From Vicugna vicugna (Eukaryota): a stretch of DNA of 64,000 bases. The DNA lies in contig MU058252.1 of NCBI GenBank assembly GCA_013265495.1, forward strand, positions 1,212,244 through 1,276,243, written 5' to 3'. The notes below the pieces were generated by a model. That model was not told where the DNA came from. It ran no database searches and was given only the letters and a program-made list of their open reading frames with translations. Positions 37,576-50,677 of this stretch are shown in pieces. The first letter of the stretch is position 1, and every line of letters starts with the position of its first letter. The translations under genes and the position numbers were made by a program.

Positions 37576-39199
37576 AAATTCCGTTCATGCACACATTTTC
37601 CTATGACTCTCTTGTGTTCCAGGTACTCTGCTAGGCACTACAGATAAAGTGACAAACCAACACAAATATCATCCAGGCCTTCATGATGCCTACTGGCCCA
37701 GTGGGGGGACCAAACGTAATTAAATACTCACAAAAATAACATAAATTTATACGTTTACAAAAGTGACAGAAGGGAGAGATACAAATCCCCCAATGAGAAT
37801 GTATAAATAAGAACACACACTCAAATATCTTATTTAAAGATGTAACAATCAAGTTTAGAGACTACTGCAGCGTCCCCCCATCTGTGATTTGTTTGTATCT
37901 TGTTCTTTTGCATCTTCTTAGATTGACAGGTTTGACAATAACTTCAGTTTATTTCAATGTCATAGGTTTAAAAAAATATGATTCTCACAAAAACAGGGAG
38001 ATCCAAACAGAAGTACTTTTTTCAATCCCAATCAAAATTTAGCAAGCAGATTTTCATCTTTCATAACCAGAAGGTATTAATTTTTATTTTAACAAATGGC
38101 CTTAATACATACATAAACTCTTCAGAATATTTTAAACAGATCAAGAAATTCTGTGTCCAAGACTTTTTTGGGGGAAACAAATGTGAAAATATTTTTGTTG
38201 TTTGTTTGTTACAAACTTTCATTGTTGCTGGCAATAAAATATCATTAGAAATAGTTCCAAACATCTGTTTTCAAAATGCCCAACCCCCAGCACATGTTTC
38301 TATGAAAAGTCATTGCATTTCACTGTTGAAACAATCACCTTTTTGAAGAGGAAGATGAAACGTTTATTTCCTTTTAAAAGAGAAGTAGGTAACATAATAT
38401 ATTCAGCCACATGTCATCCTAATAAAGGTAGACAAATTTTTAACATCTATCTTTCAGTAAAATAAAACCCTATTCTAAGTTCAACAGTAGTTTTACATAC
38501 TTTGCCCCTAGGGAATCTTTTAAGATAACAAAAATCTGGGATAGATTCCCAGAAAGATCACACCATCCCAATCCCCATCAGTTATGTAGAATTGTTTTAG
38601 AGGGTTTTTTTTTTTGACAATTATACATTTATAAACTTGTATAGAATTAACCACATTGTTGACGCCCTTTAACACTCTGGCACTTACATGTAACTTCTTT
38701 TTTGTAACTATGGATGAGTCGGTGAATGGTCTTTAGTACGATTCATTTAAGCTACAAAAATTTATTAAGGAATGACCAGAACATAAAAAGATCCTTCTCA
38801 GAATGGTACTATTATCTAGTGAGGCGAGACAGGTAAGATTATTAAGTAAATACACACTATGTGTGATGCTGAAAAGTGTAAAGGGGAAAACAATCAATCA
38901 GAGGTTTGATGGGAGGAGGAGGCACTTGAGATTTTCAGTAGGGGGCCCAGGAAATCCCTCATGGGTAAGGTAACTCAAGAATAAATGCCTAAAGCAAACG
39001 AGGGGGGAAGACATGCATGTACCTAAGAAGAATGTTCAACAGAGAGGAAAGAAGAACTGCAAAGGCCCAGAGGTGGATGTGTCTGAGGAAGCCCCAGGAG
39101 GTTAGTGCCATGGAAGGAAGCAAGGGAGGGGAAGGTTTCAGTGAGTGAAGCCTCAGAAGCACTGGTGGCTGGTGAAGGTCATGGAGCCCCGTGGCTACA

Positions 39200-39765
39200 C
39201 CAGTCCCATTCCCGTCTTCTTCCCACCTCCCTCCCACACACTTTGCATAGGTAACCCATCTCTCTGGTTGATCCCTCCTGGATTTCTTTTCCGCAAATGA
39301 GCATATGTATGTGTATTTTCTTACATCTCATTCTCTCTTACATAAAGGGCTGCACACCATAAATGGTCTTCTGCACTTTTTTTTTCACTTAAGAATATAC
39401 TGAAAACCACTTCATAAGCACAGATATATTCCTCACAGAATTTTTACAGCTGTACATTATTTCACTGTATAAGCCATATCACAGATTATTCAACCATTCT
39501 ATTAGGTGTGGCCATTTAGATTGTTTCCAATATTTTGCAAATTAAACAATGCTGCAATTACTTTTAACAGAACAAGTTTTTATATTATTGGAGGCATATT
39601 TATAGGATAGATTCCCAGAAAGATCAAAAGGTAAGTGCATATGTAGTTTGTTAGGCATTGCCAAATTTCCCTCCAGAAGATCTACACCAATTTGCATTCC
39701 CACCAAGGTGTAAGAGCGGCTACTTCCCCACAGCCGTATCAAACCTGTGCTGCTACAGGCCAACA
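39200..39765 (-). mobile_element. L1M 3'UTR fragment (reverse)
   Basis: ccatttagattgtttccaatattttgcaa, accaatttgcattcccacca. Confidence 0.7.
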
Positions 39766-39841
39766 CCACAAAGCTCACCTTGGTCTTTGTTCACTGCCTT
39801 TCCCGTAATACTTCTAATTGTCACAAAATTTTCCAAAACTA

Positions 39842-39967
39842 GGGGAGGGTATAGCTCAAGTGGTAGAGCGCATGTTTAGCATGCACAAAGCCCTGGGTTC
39901 AATCCCCAATTCCTCTCCTAAAAATAAATAAATAAATAACCTAAACCCCACCCCAACCCTCGCCCCC
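39842..39967 (+). mobile_element. tRNA-Ala-derived SINE (camelid vic-1 type)
   Basis: A and B boxes, (aaat)n tail; 16-bp TSD with one mismatch, aaattttccaaaacta 39826-39841 / aaatattccaaaacta 39968-39983. Confidence 0.9.
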
Positions 39968-40652
39968 AAATATTCCAAAACTACTTCTAAAGTCACAGTC
40001 TCACTGATCTGTCACAGTCGTCATCTGGCCATCTAAGTATGTTCAGACTGTGGAATTTATTCTTATTCATTATTATTATTCAAAATTCGGTAACACAAGC
40101 ATTTAAATGTAATGTCACATTTCCAAAACTAACACACTAACTTGTTGACTAATCTTGAGGTGAAAATTGGGTCATTTTCATCATCTGAGCAAAGTGAATG
40201 TTATAATTAAATAATTACTTAAGTCTACGTCCTTGTCTCAATACACTTCTGCAAGTCTTACACATATTTCATCTATTAAAGCCCATATGATATTTATGGT
40301 CAAAAACTCCATTTTTAATATTCCTTTAAGAAGGGCTATTTCGCTTCTCCCAAATATACTTCTCAAAAACAAAAGGGAATCTGTAGGCAGCAAAGCAATT
40401 TCACTTCATAGGGTTTGTTGCCTTTATAGATGGAAGGTAAACACTGCATTTATTTCTCAATTCAAAATTACATGAAAATCAGAGTGAAAGCTTTGGAAGA
40501 TGGCAGATTGTGTATGTGATATTACTTTGGGATAGTGCCAGAGAGACAAGCTAAACTGCCAACTTGACTGAAAAGAAATATTTTAATCAATTTTCAAAAC
40601 AGCAAACAGAGCTAGCCCACATTGTGGACTAAAGACCTGTTAAATTTCATCT

Positions 40653-40708
40653 TTTTTTTTTAAACTTTTTTTTTTAATTGAGTTATAGTCATTTTACAGT
40701 GTCATGTC
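40653..40708 (-). mobile_element. Extremely 5'-truncated L1 insertion (3' tip plus poly-A)
   Basis: Poly-T then attgagttatagtcattttaca, flanked by an exact 11-bp TSD aaatttcatct (40642-40652, 40709-40719). Confidence 0.75.
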
Positions 40709-41030
40709 AAATTTCATCTCTTATTTTAAACCCAAAGAGCAAAGAGCAACCAAATGGATATGTAAGCATAGTTAGTAATTCCCATTTCTAAAAATTTTAA
40801 TTTTTTATTTAAATGTAAGATATTTATTTTAAAGATCTACATTTATTGTACAACTTAACACACTATACTTTAGTGGTATGAAGAAACTACTCAAGGATAT
40901 AAATTAACAATTTCCTACTTTGAGAGTTTTTATATTAATCATTTAATAAATAATTCTTGCAAGTGAATCTTTATGCTGACACAGTAAAAGTTATAAAGCT
41001 GTGGTTTAAATATGTATTTCTTCTACTTAC

Positions 41031-41140
41031 TTCTGTGCTCCCTGAGACAACAGCTCTGTCCACGTTCACCAGTAACGGTTCTTCCATCTGGCACACCCCC
41101 AGTGACCACTCCACACAACGGTGATGAGCCCAACAAGTGC
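41031..41140 (-). CDS. KMT2C: KMT2C coding exon (human exon 6), 110 bp, phase 1 to 0; pre-PHD part of the extended PHD
   Basis: tag|GCACTTG...ACAGAA|gtaagt; translates (G)TCWAHHRCVEWSLGVCQMEEPLLVNVDRAVVSGSTE. Confidence 0.97.
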
Positions 41141-41280
41141 CTAAAATGGTCAAAGTGAAAAGAAGCAAGTGAATAAACATTAAACATATAAATGCTAATA
41201 AGTAAAGATGTAAAACCCCAAAATCAACTCTAATGTGTGAACACACAACGGCATCCTGTATTTGTGATACCACTAAAGTG

Positions 41281-41443
41281 GCCTTTCTCAAAATGTATCA
41301 CCTGGGAACTTGTTATAGACGTAAATTTTATATCCCAACCGAGACCTACTGAATCAAAAACTCTTACAGGGGTGCCCAGAAATCTATGTGTCAACAAGCC
41401 CTCCAAGTGATTCTGATGCATACAGTAGTCTGAGAATCATTGG
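41281..41443. mobile_element. MER5A-like hAT MITE in the exon 5-6 intron
   Basis: atcacctgggaacttgtta...gacctactgaatcaaaaactc...aacaagccctccaagtgattctgatgca...tgagaatcattg. Confidence 0.75.
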
Positions 41444-42164
41444 ATTAGTGGTTATTTCTCCAACAACAACAAAATGAGTTTCTAGTCATTTTATCTAAAC
41501 AGTACTCTATTTTATTTGGTATCTTTCAATAAAATACACAGGACACTTTTTAATACTTTGTTATGACAAAGAGGATATATGGCAAATAAGCTACCTACTC
41601 ACCTCTGTTTCCCTCCATCCCACACCAAGAAACCATGTCAGTCATCAACCACATCTCAGTCTTTAAATTCTCTATCATACAGCACCTGAACAACTATCTG
41701 CGGTTTAAATGCAGGATGAAATTTAGTCAGAACCCCAAGAGCACCAAACCTTGAGGATGGGCTGCTATGCTGTATTCACAGGACTCCCTGGCTAAGATCC
41801 ATAGTCCTTCACCCCTACTTTAAACAGACCCAGACTGCCGTGTTCCCCAAGTTTTCACAGAGCTCTTTAATTCCTCTTTCCCCAATTGTGTCATCTCCAT
41901 GGCACTGCTTGTCTACACAAGAGTAAATGCAAATATTTATAAAAGCATCCAGCCCAGTGACAGCCCTGTGCAGATGCTAAATAAATTAGGTAAACATAAT
42001 TAGACAATTTAGTCGACCTAAGCAGGCATACTTAACAATAATAGTTTTAACAATGTGATCATAATTATTTCTACATGAAGATATTTACTATTAAGTTGAT
42101 AATTCACTAAAATTAAAATGCTTACAGAATCAAGAAGTAGTTATTACTGAAGACCGGCTCATAC

Positions 42165-42313
42165 CTGTAGGATCAAATAAGGCTTGGACATCAATGGCAT
42201 CTGGAAGGCCAACCAGACTGAGTTCATCCCATAATTTACCAGCCTGATCGTCTGAAGCAGTCTGCGTGCTTACACTTACACAAGATACTATATTCTGCTG
42301 AGGAGAGCGTTCC
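42165..42313 (-). CDS. KMT2C: KMT2C coding exon (human exon 5), 149 bp, phase 2 to 1
   Basis: cag|GGAACGC...ACAG|gtatga; translates ERSPQQNIVSCVSVSTQTASDDQAGKLWDELSLVGLPDAIDVQALFDPT(G). Confidence 0.97.
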
Positions 42314-44999
42314 CTGGAAAACAAAATAAAATAAAACAGATGTGAAAATGATAACAAGTAGAAAATTATTTCGTTTCATAACAACTTAGATAATGTATTG
42401 CCACATCAGTTTTAATTTATTAGGCATAAACTGTCATAAAATAATTTTTAGAAAATGTTATTATTCACGGTATAAATATAAAACTGGGTAGCTATATTAT
42501 ATCATGTAAGCAACAACTAAAGAAAGGTCTCCAAATCCATAGGGACGTGTTATAAATTACAGTTGCAGATTTACTTTCCCATTCTATGTATTTTTTTTAA
42601 CTGACACTCTAATAATCTAGTCAGGAACTGTACTTTACCCCATAAAATGAATGTTCCCTTTAGCCTTACTTAAATGCTTAAAAAACACGGCTTGATCAAA
42701 ATCAGAAATTTTAATTTGCTTTATCATAAATGAGGACTACTACAATGAAGCTGCAAGTTAATTTTATGTAAAGAAAGGTCATTTCCCAAGGGAAATGAAA
42801 GCCCACTACCAAGTGTGAAGAGGGAGGTAGTGGGAGCAGAACGTGGCAGCTGGAGCTTTCTTACGGTCCCCTCGACAAATCTCGACAGCTAGTCTGTGGC
42901 ATGATGCTGCAAACTCTCCGCTAAGACCTTACCTCACAAATCAGAAGAAAAAAGTAAAAACAAAATAGCTACTAGTGACTGGGGAATAAGGAAAGTAGTG
43001 TAACAGCAAAAACTACATTATAAAAATGAGGTATACAACATATGGAGGATTTCAGATTTTCAAAGCCCTAAACTTCAGATTAATTGAGATCATTAAGCAA
43101 ACAATGACTACTATTGTGTCTAACATTCAACACGGGAAATCAGATGACTGGCACTAAAACTTTAATCCTCTCCTGATATCACAGTATTTAACCTGATCAT
43201 AATTCTGGATTAAATCACTATTGAATATAGATCATAACTCACTGCACTTCTGTATGCTGGATATTTATCATGATTCCTATTAAGAGAAAATCAGCACAAT
43301 GACCAGGGTACTAAACTTTTTTATACCTGGAATCATTGAAAGAAAAAAAGTATTAACATATTTCAGTAAGTACATTTAAATATCAAACCATATAAAAATA
43401 ACCAGAACTTTTATGTTCAGCATTAGAAATGCACAGACTCACTGTCTTTAAGTGTAGCATGCTATGCTAACTTCAAATTCTCATTTTTATAAATGCCCAC
43501 AGTGAACTGAGAATAAACTTTCCTAGAAATGGAATCTCCATTCCTACAAATATATCTTCATTACTAACCACTGTTAGCTTACAGGGAGGAAAAAAGAACT
43601 AACAGTTCACCTACAAAGATGAAGGTATTGTTTTAACGTATTTTCTTTGCACTGGCATTTGATGAAGGGACAGGTGAAAAAAAAAACAGTGGAAGGACCA
43701 ATCAGTCTATTACTAACCAGTTCCTAACCAGCAGGTTATAGTCAACTGTCACCTTCAGGTTTTGCGACCAGTTTCTACGTATACAACACATCAGTGAGAT
43801 TCTGATGTCAACCCTAAGGATGAGAGGAGCCCAGCTTAGGAGGGAACATTAAGAGAAGGCAGCTGAAACACATGATACCCCCAAATTTTAAGTCTAAAAC
43901 AAAGGAAAGAAGAAAAGAATCCTTGATTATATATTCTTATATTTAGTGCACCAAGAGGGGAAAACTATTTTAGAAACCTCTTTTTCAAATTAAAAAAACA
44001 AAACAAAAACAAACAAAAAAACAGTGGTTTATCTGGCTTCTAATTCATTAGTAACATATTCTGTAAATATTTTAAATCATTACGAAGCTAAATTAGCTGT
44101 CCATCCCTAAATGATTTTCAAATTTCAAAAACATGCTTACTTCCTAAGGTCCACTGACTCCCTTGCTATCATCACCTAATAACTTGTTAAACACTTAAAG
44201 CGTATATTAAAAAGGCTTTCATTAAACCAAGGGTATTTTTATATAATAATCTTAGCTCACAAAACTTCTCACTAAAAATTAACTTAGCTTATAAAATAAG
44301 TAAATGAAGCCCAACTCTATTTCCCAGAACAGGTGTTTATTAATTGCCATTATTCAAGGCAGAATATGAGACATAAGACATAACCTGGTCCAGTCCATTA
44401 AATTTGCTAATTACTGATGGACACTATTAAGTCTGCTGGATTTCTGATGATATATTTTATTAGAATGTGAGCACTGAATTGATCAAAAAGGTAAAGCTAG
44501 CTATCGCCTTTAAACATCAAAACTCTAAATACAGTACTTCTAAGCTTCCTTAAGCTGTTCCACCTTAAATTCTTTTAAAAGATTCTTTTTTGTTATTGTT
44601 TCATTTCCTACTTCAGGTCTTCAAGGCATTGGCAGCAGTCCAAAAAGGAGGAGCCAATCAAATAAGTACAACACAACAATGCCTTAGTACTTAATTTTGG
44701 ATAAAAGCCAGATAAGCACTTGGATGATTACATCATCACCCTCAGGGGGCAGAGCTGGTTGGCTTTCCAAGCTAAATTAATTTTTACACTTTCTCATCAA
44801 CCACAGAAACTTCTACTCCTTCAACTACCAGAGCCAAGTCGACATATTAAGATGGTCTTCAAAGAAAACTGCAACATATAAAATAAATATTAACTCCAAA
44901 AGCAAACATATTAGGGAATTATAGTTGTATTCAAGACAATTATAATGTCTTGAATACAGGAAGGCATATATGTTCATATAAATATATTAGTAAATTCTT

Positions 45000-45050
45000 T
45001 TTTAAATTAAATATTTATAATATTTTATTAGTTTTGAGTGTACAACATAT
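45000..45050 (-). mobile_element. Extremely 5'-truncated L1 insertion
   Basis: ttttaaatt...attagttttgagtgtacaacata, flanked by an exact 10-bp repeat gtaaattctt (44990-44999, 45051-45060). Confidence 0.6.
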
Positions 45051-45621
45051 GTAAATTCTTATTCATTTAAAAAAAAGAGCATCTTTAATTTAGAAGGCAT
45101 ATTCTCAGCATCGCACACTTAGAATGAAAGAAAGTTAATGCTCAATCATGGTAAGAATTAACAAGATAGCTCAAGATTCTCTGAACAATTTAAAAAAAAA
45201 AAAGAATAAATGGCACATAAAGGATGTGACTATTGGTTTTGCCATACTGTTATGCTATATTCTTACAAACCAAAACTTATTTACAGAAAGGAAAGAAAGA
45301 TCTCATTATAATTTTTTAAATTTTCATTTCATTGATAGATACATTCCATGAATTCCCTCTAGGCTTATGTTATGTTTTTTAAAGGTTTCTTCTTTTTTGT
45401 TACTATATAACTAAGATAAACTTTTTTTTTAAGTAAGAAAGAAATTTTGAGAAAATGAGTGTTTGTTGGGATAATGGTGAGTCATAAAGCACCCCCATGA
45501 CGCTGGGAACATAAGAAACTGTTCAGTGACAACCCTATTTGTAAATTCATCAACACTGCAATGAAAATAAACTACATATAGTTTTACTGCATCCTAACCA
45601 TTTAAATTCAAAACTGCTTAC

Positions 45622-45822
45622 TTTCTCTGTCCTCTTTGTTTTCGTGGTGCTGAGTTTTGTGTTTTCTCACAAGTTCCATTGCTGTTGTCATCAACATCCT
45701 TCTTGTTAGAAGTCTGGTTTTTCCACGGCAAAATGAATCCAGGCGTTACTCTAAACTGTTTTAAGTCTCCTTGTCCTAAGGAGCTTTTTTCACCACAGTA
45801 ACAAAAAGCGCAGAGCTGTTCA
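45622..45822 (-). CDS. KMT2C: KMT2C coding exon (human exon 4), 201 bp, phase 2 to 2
   Basis: cag|TGAACAG...AGAAA|gtaagc; translates EQLCAFCYCGEKSSLGQGDLKQFRVTPGFILPWKNQTSNKKDVDDNSNGTCEKTQNSAPRKQRGQR(K). Lies within ORF-track 45618..45914. Confidence 0.97.
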
Positions 45823-46199
45823 CTGGTAGAAATAAAAAGTAAGGAAGACAGAGTAGTTTTACTTAAATGTTTCAAGTGACAGACTACAGATACTTGTGCT
45901 TTAAAATTAAACATTACACCTTTAGTGCAAGCTAAGTGTTTAAATAAATCTATACAATAAGAACATTTAAATTCAATATTAATTATACATTTGCAATTCT
46001 ACTTTTCTACAGCATGATTTTTTTTAAAGTAGTAAACGTACCAAATCAACAAACTATAGTTTGTACTTAGAAAAACAATTTTGTTTTAAACCTGATTCCA
46101 AAAAATTGGGAGTATTAAAAAAGAATAAAGAAAATAAAGCTAAGGTTGGAGAAGAAGATAGGGTTTAACAGCCACTCAATTATATCCCAGTTCTGTAAA

Positions 46200-46720
46200 A
46201 CAAGTGGTGGCCAAGTTTTATTTAACTAGTTAATGGAATGTTCTTTATACAGACAGACACACACACACACACACACCCATACACATGAAGAGCTATAAAA
46301 AACAAAGAGGTTAGTGGGTTAAGCAGTGATGGGGGAGGGGAGAAGGAACTGAAAAGGTTTAAGAGTGGCAAAGGAAAGAATACGCAGAACACAAGAGGGT
46401 TTTAGGGCATGAAACTTTCACATGATACATTGTAATTAGTCGCAGATACATGACATTACACATTTATCAGAACTCAGAACTACATGCAACACAAAGAATG
46501 AGCCCTACTGTAAAACTATGGACTTCAGTTAATAATAATGTATCAATACTGGTTAATCAGTTGTAACATATATACCACACTAAAGCAAGATGCTAATATA
46601 GGGGAAACTGAGGCAGGGAGTGGTTGGTACTGGGAACTCTCTGTACCATCTGCTTTATTTTTCTGTAAACCTGAAATTGTTATGAACAATAAAATCTATT
46701 AACTTTTTAAAAAAAGAAAC
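46200..46720 (+). mobile_element. L1MC-like 3'UTR fragment
   Basis: taaaactatggacttcagttaataataatgtatcaata...gggaactctctgtaccatctgc...aataaaatctatt. Confidence 0.75.
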
Positions 46721-47889
46721 CACTTAAAAAGTTAAAGGGCAAAAAACAATATTAACTTACAGATAGAACACATGCTTAGTAAGAGATCTTAGAAAAGACA
46801 GAATTGAAAGGATTGCTCCTCTTAGACATATTTTCTCTTCACAGCACATTCATGGCTGCTGGACTCAAATCTTTCTTCTTAAGCATTCAAGTTCCTACCA
46901 GTACCTGATTAGTATTTGCCCCATGAACATTCATAATGTCTTGCACTAACAGATGATAGGGAAAAAAATCTATAATCTGTTCAGGTAGTGTTTTTTAACT
47001 TAATAATGGACCTCTCTCAACTAATTACCTTTTGTTTATAAAAATTATCTAGGTTTTCCCAATATTACTTATTTCAATTTCATGATAAACTGTGTTGCCC
47101 TTTGATATTAAGAGATTCATATACACAGATGCAATTAAATGCAGTCTACTTTCAGAAAAATAAAGTCAAATAGGAAAACATGTTTTTCATCTTGCCTGAA
47201 GCATACTATCCACCAGTATTCTTTGCCAGTATCTTACTAATTTTTAATTTTTCTTATTTATAATTTTCCCTAAGCTATTAAATTTGTATCAGCATACCCC
47301 CTTTCTAGTTTCTTTCCCTAGAATCATTACCGATGAGGCACAAGAATCAGACTGACATCAGCCTTATCAACAGCACTGGTTAGGAAATGCAGCAATACAA
47401 GTACTGACTATCTTAACATTCAATTTTATATCCAAAACCATCAATCAAATGGGAAGCTATAATAAAATTATTCCCAGATTTCTTTGACACCTCAGAAATT
47501 TCACCACCCAACAGACCCCAAATGAAATTATTTTTTGAGAAATATTCAAATTATTAAAGAATTAGGAAATGCTGCAAGAGATGTAGGAAATAAAGACTGC
47601 CAAATATCCCAGACTTAATTTATTGTTAACTTTAAAGAGTGGTGCAAGAGAAGTTCCTGGCTTTTGCTTTGGATGTAGAGAGTTGCAAAGAGCTTTGCTC
47701 CCATTCACACAACAAAAATTCACCAGATGATCTACAAATTCACTTTTCTTGAACTTATGATTGTGAAAGTCTCCGAGCAACCAATTCACCTGCAACTGTA
47801 TGAAAACCTCTTTGAAAATAAAAAAAAAGAGGAGACACAAGTCCTTGCTTAATCTGAAGAGGCCACTGGATGTCAAACAAGCGGGTTAG

Positions 47890-48985
47890 GAATTCGGTGA
47901 AACTTTTAACAAATTGCTAAAGGCCAAATGTGGGACAGTGTGAGAGAACAGAACATCTGGGACCGCAGACACTGGGGAACTCTAAGCCACTCACACGCTT
48001 CTCTCTGTGTGCCTCCCAGTGCTCGTGCCCACCACTCAGGCCATGGTGCGCAGTCCTGAGAACGCACCAGTCGTGCTGCGAGCCTGGGGAGGACCGCAGC
48101 CATGTGGAGAAGACACAGAGACCCACCCAGGTCTTTCTCCTTCATTTTCCCTGGGGAACAAAAGCCTTAGACTGGAGAGGAAAAATCTCCACCCTGCAAT
48201 GGTTAAAACCAACTGCAGATGGCGAACAGAATGGAAGAAGGGATGGATATCTATCCTAGAGGAGGGGCAGGACTATGTCCCAGACCTGATGGTTACAGGT
48301 CTCCCTCACACCCAACCCCTGAGACCTAGGGACACAGTGCTCATGTAAGAGTAAAGTTGAACTAGAACTACAAGAAACGTCCTGCCAACCCACTCTACAT
48401 TGTTAGTGAGAATGCAAAATAGTACAGCCATAATGGAAAACACTGGCATTTTCCTTTCAAAATTACCTGTATGTTATGTATTTACCTAATTGAAATAAAA
48501 ATCCTATGTTCACACCAACACCTGCAAGCATACATTTATACCAATTTTATTTATAACTGCCCCAAACTAGAAACTACTCAAATATCCCTTAACTGGAAAA
48601 TGGTAAGTAAACTGTGGTAGGAATTGCCATAAAGCAGAACCCTACTCAGCAACAAAAAGGAAGTAATAACTCATCTATGTAGTAATACAGATGAATCTCA
48701 AATGCATTATGCTAAGTTAAAGAGGCCAGAATCAAAAGGACACATACTTTACAATTCCGTTCATATGATGTTACTGCAAAGGCAAAAGTACAGGGACAGA
48801 AAACAAGTAAATGGTTGCCTGGGGCAGAAGCTGGCATCGGGGAGGACAACAAACGGGCATCAAGGACCTTTTCAGTATGACGGAACTTGATCTTGTTGTG
48901 GCAGTGACATACACTGTGGCAACTCACTAAATGGGTGAATTTTACCGCATGTAATTAAACCTCAATTGTTAAAAGTAAGAAAAAG
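47890..48985 (+). mobile_element. L1M pieces: putative 5' region about 47890-48370 and 3'UTR about 48390-48985
   Basis: gagaatgcaaaatagtacagcca, gatgaatctcaaatgcattatgctaag, aatgggtgaatttta. The 5' assignment is less certain. Confidence 0.6.
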
Positions 48986-49259
48986 GTTAGGGGGCCACGA
49001 CCAAGAAGACAAAAATAGGAAGTATGCATGTAAATAACTAGAAAATGCAATGCTAGATGACAGATGCAAAGAGAAAATGTGATAAAGCATTCACATCGCT
49101 GAGACTAAGAAATCAATTAGAATGGTAAGTTTGAAATTCTTTCAAAATTAAATTCAATAGGGTAAAGAAACTCGAGCCTTAAGGGAAACCACCTTAAAAA
49201 CAAAATGCAGTGTATAATCAATAGAAAAAAATACCAATGCAATAGAAAGCAAAAAAAGG

Positions 49260-50260
49260 AAAAAAGTATTCACCTTCACGGAGCTCACACAACAGTAAGG
49301 GAGACATAACTAAATGAACTGTCAGGAAATAAAAGGTGCTACAAAGAAAAGTGAAGCAGGAAGAGCGGGTAAAATGTGATGGGAACTATGTTTTATTTAT
49401 TTTTTATCCTCCTCTTTTATTTTGAAATTTTTCAAACTTTCGCCAAAATGTAGAACATGGTATGGATTTGAAAATTTTAATGTAATTTAAATATTTAATT
49501 TAAATGTAAGAAACAATCATTAAAGAGAGTTGTGAGGAAACTTGCTTTACATTTTAGAATGAATTTTACATTTTAGAATGACCATTTTTGCAACTGTGCT
49601 AACAACCTGAAAGTAAAGAGCAGAAGCAGAGACACAACTTAAAACGCAACTATGCCCTCCTGAGGGTAACTCAGACGAACTAAGAAGGCGGACAGGAGGG
49701 TAAGTTAGCACTTGTCTGGGTTATCTTCTAAAGTTGAGCTACAAAATTTAGGATATGAGGTATGAGAAAAGACAGAAATCACGGATTAATTCAAAAGTTT
49801 TTGGCCTAAGCAACTGGGTGAATGTTGGTATTATTTATTGAAATGCAGAAATCCCGCGGAGATCTGAGGCAGACGTAGGGTCAGAATCCACAGTGGGTTT
49901 GGATACTTTATGGTGCAGGGTCTAGTGTACTTTCAAATGGATATGTCACGCAAACAGATGGATAGGCGAGTCTAGAGTTCAGAGAAAGGTCAGCCCTGAA
50001 ATGTAAGTGTGGGGTTCACTAGCACACAGACAGGATTCAGCTAGCACACTGAACAGAAGTAAACGTGCTGAGGACTTCGACCTGAGGACTCCAGCATCAT
50101 AAAGGCGGGAGTCTTACAGATGTCTTGCCAGCCAAGACAAAATGGGGAGAGAGATGCGCCAAAAGCAAAAGAAAGAAATGTTTCAAAAAGATGGGAATCT
50201 TTAACTGATGGATGATTTCAGTTTTATTCGTGTCTTCCAAGTAAAAACTTACGAGACTAC
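49260..50260 (-). mobile_element. L2 LINE remnant (reverse)
   Basis: tttttggcctaagcaactgggtgaatg, tggataggcgagtctagagttcagagaaagg. Confidence 0.6.
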
Positions 50261-50677
50261 ACAGCTGAATTACACACAGACAGGTTTTATCACATCCTGT
50301 ATTCCTTTCTTTAAAAGATGAAGAGAGGGTCAAGAACAAGAGCATACACTTAAGTTTACAGTAAATCAAACATCAGTCCTTACGTTGAAGTCTAAACTCC
50401 CTTCTTCTACTGGAAATGGCACACTGGTCATACTCTGCTCTGGTATGAGCAGAGCAGAGTAACCTGTGAGACAACTGCTCTGTCCTACAAACACCCAAGC
50501 CACAGACGTACTCCACCCCACCCGCACACAGGGCTTTCAGCCTCAAATTTAAAGCTACGAAATAATAAAATTCCACCCAGACTTCTGTCCTAAGCTTGCA
50601 CTCTCTGAATTTTCTCTGTACTCAACTCACTGCCCCTCTTCCTGCCACTCATCTCCAGCCTAGCTCCATTCTCTCAC

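Noticed and set aside
49546..49581. Short tandem duplication of tttacattttagaatga
   Set aside because: Ordinary slippage duplication inside an L2 remnant.
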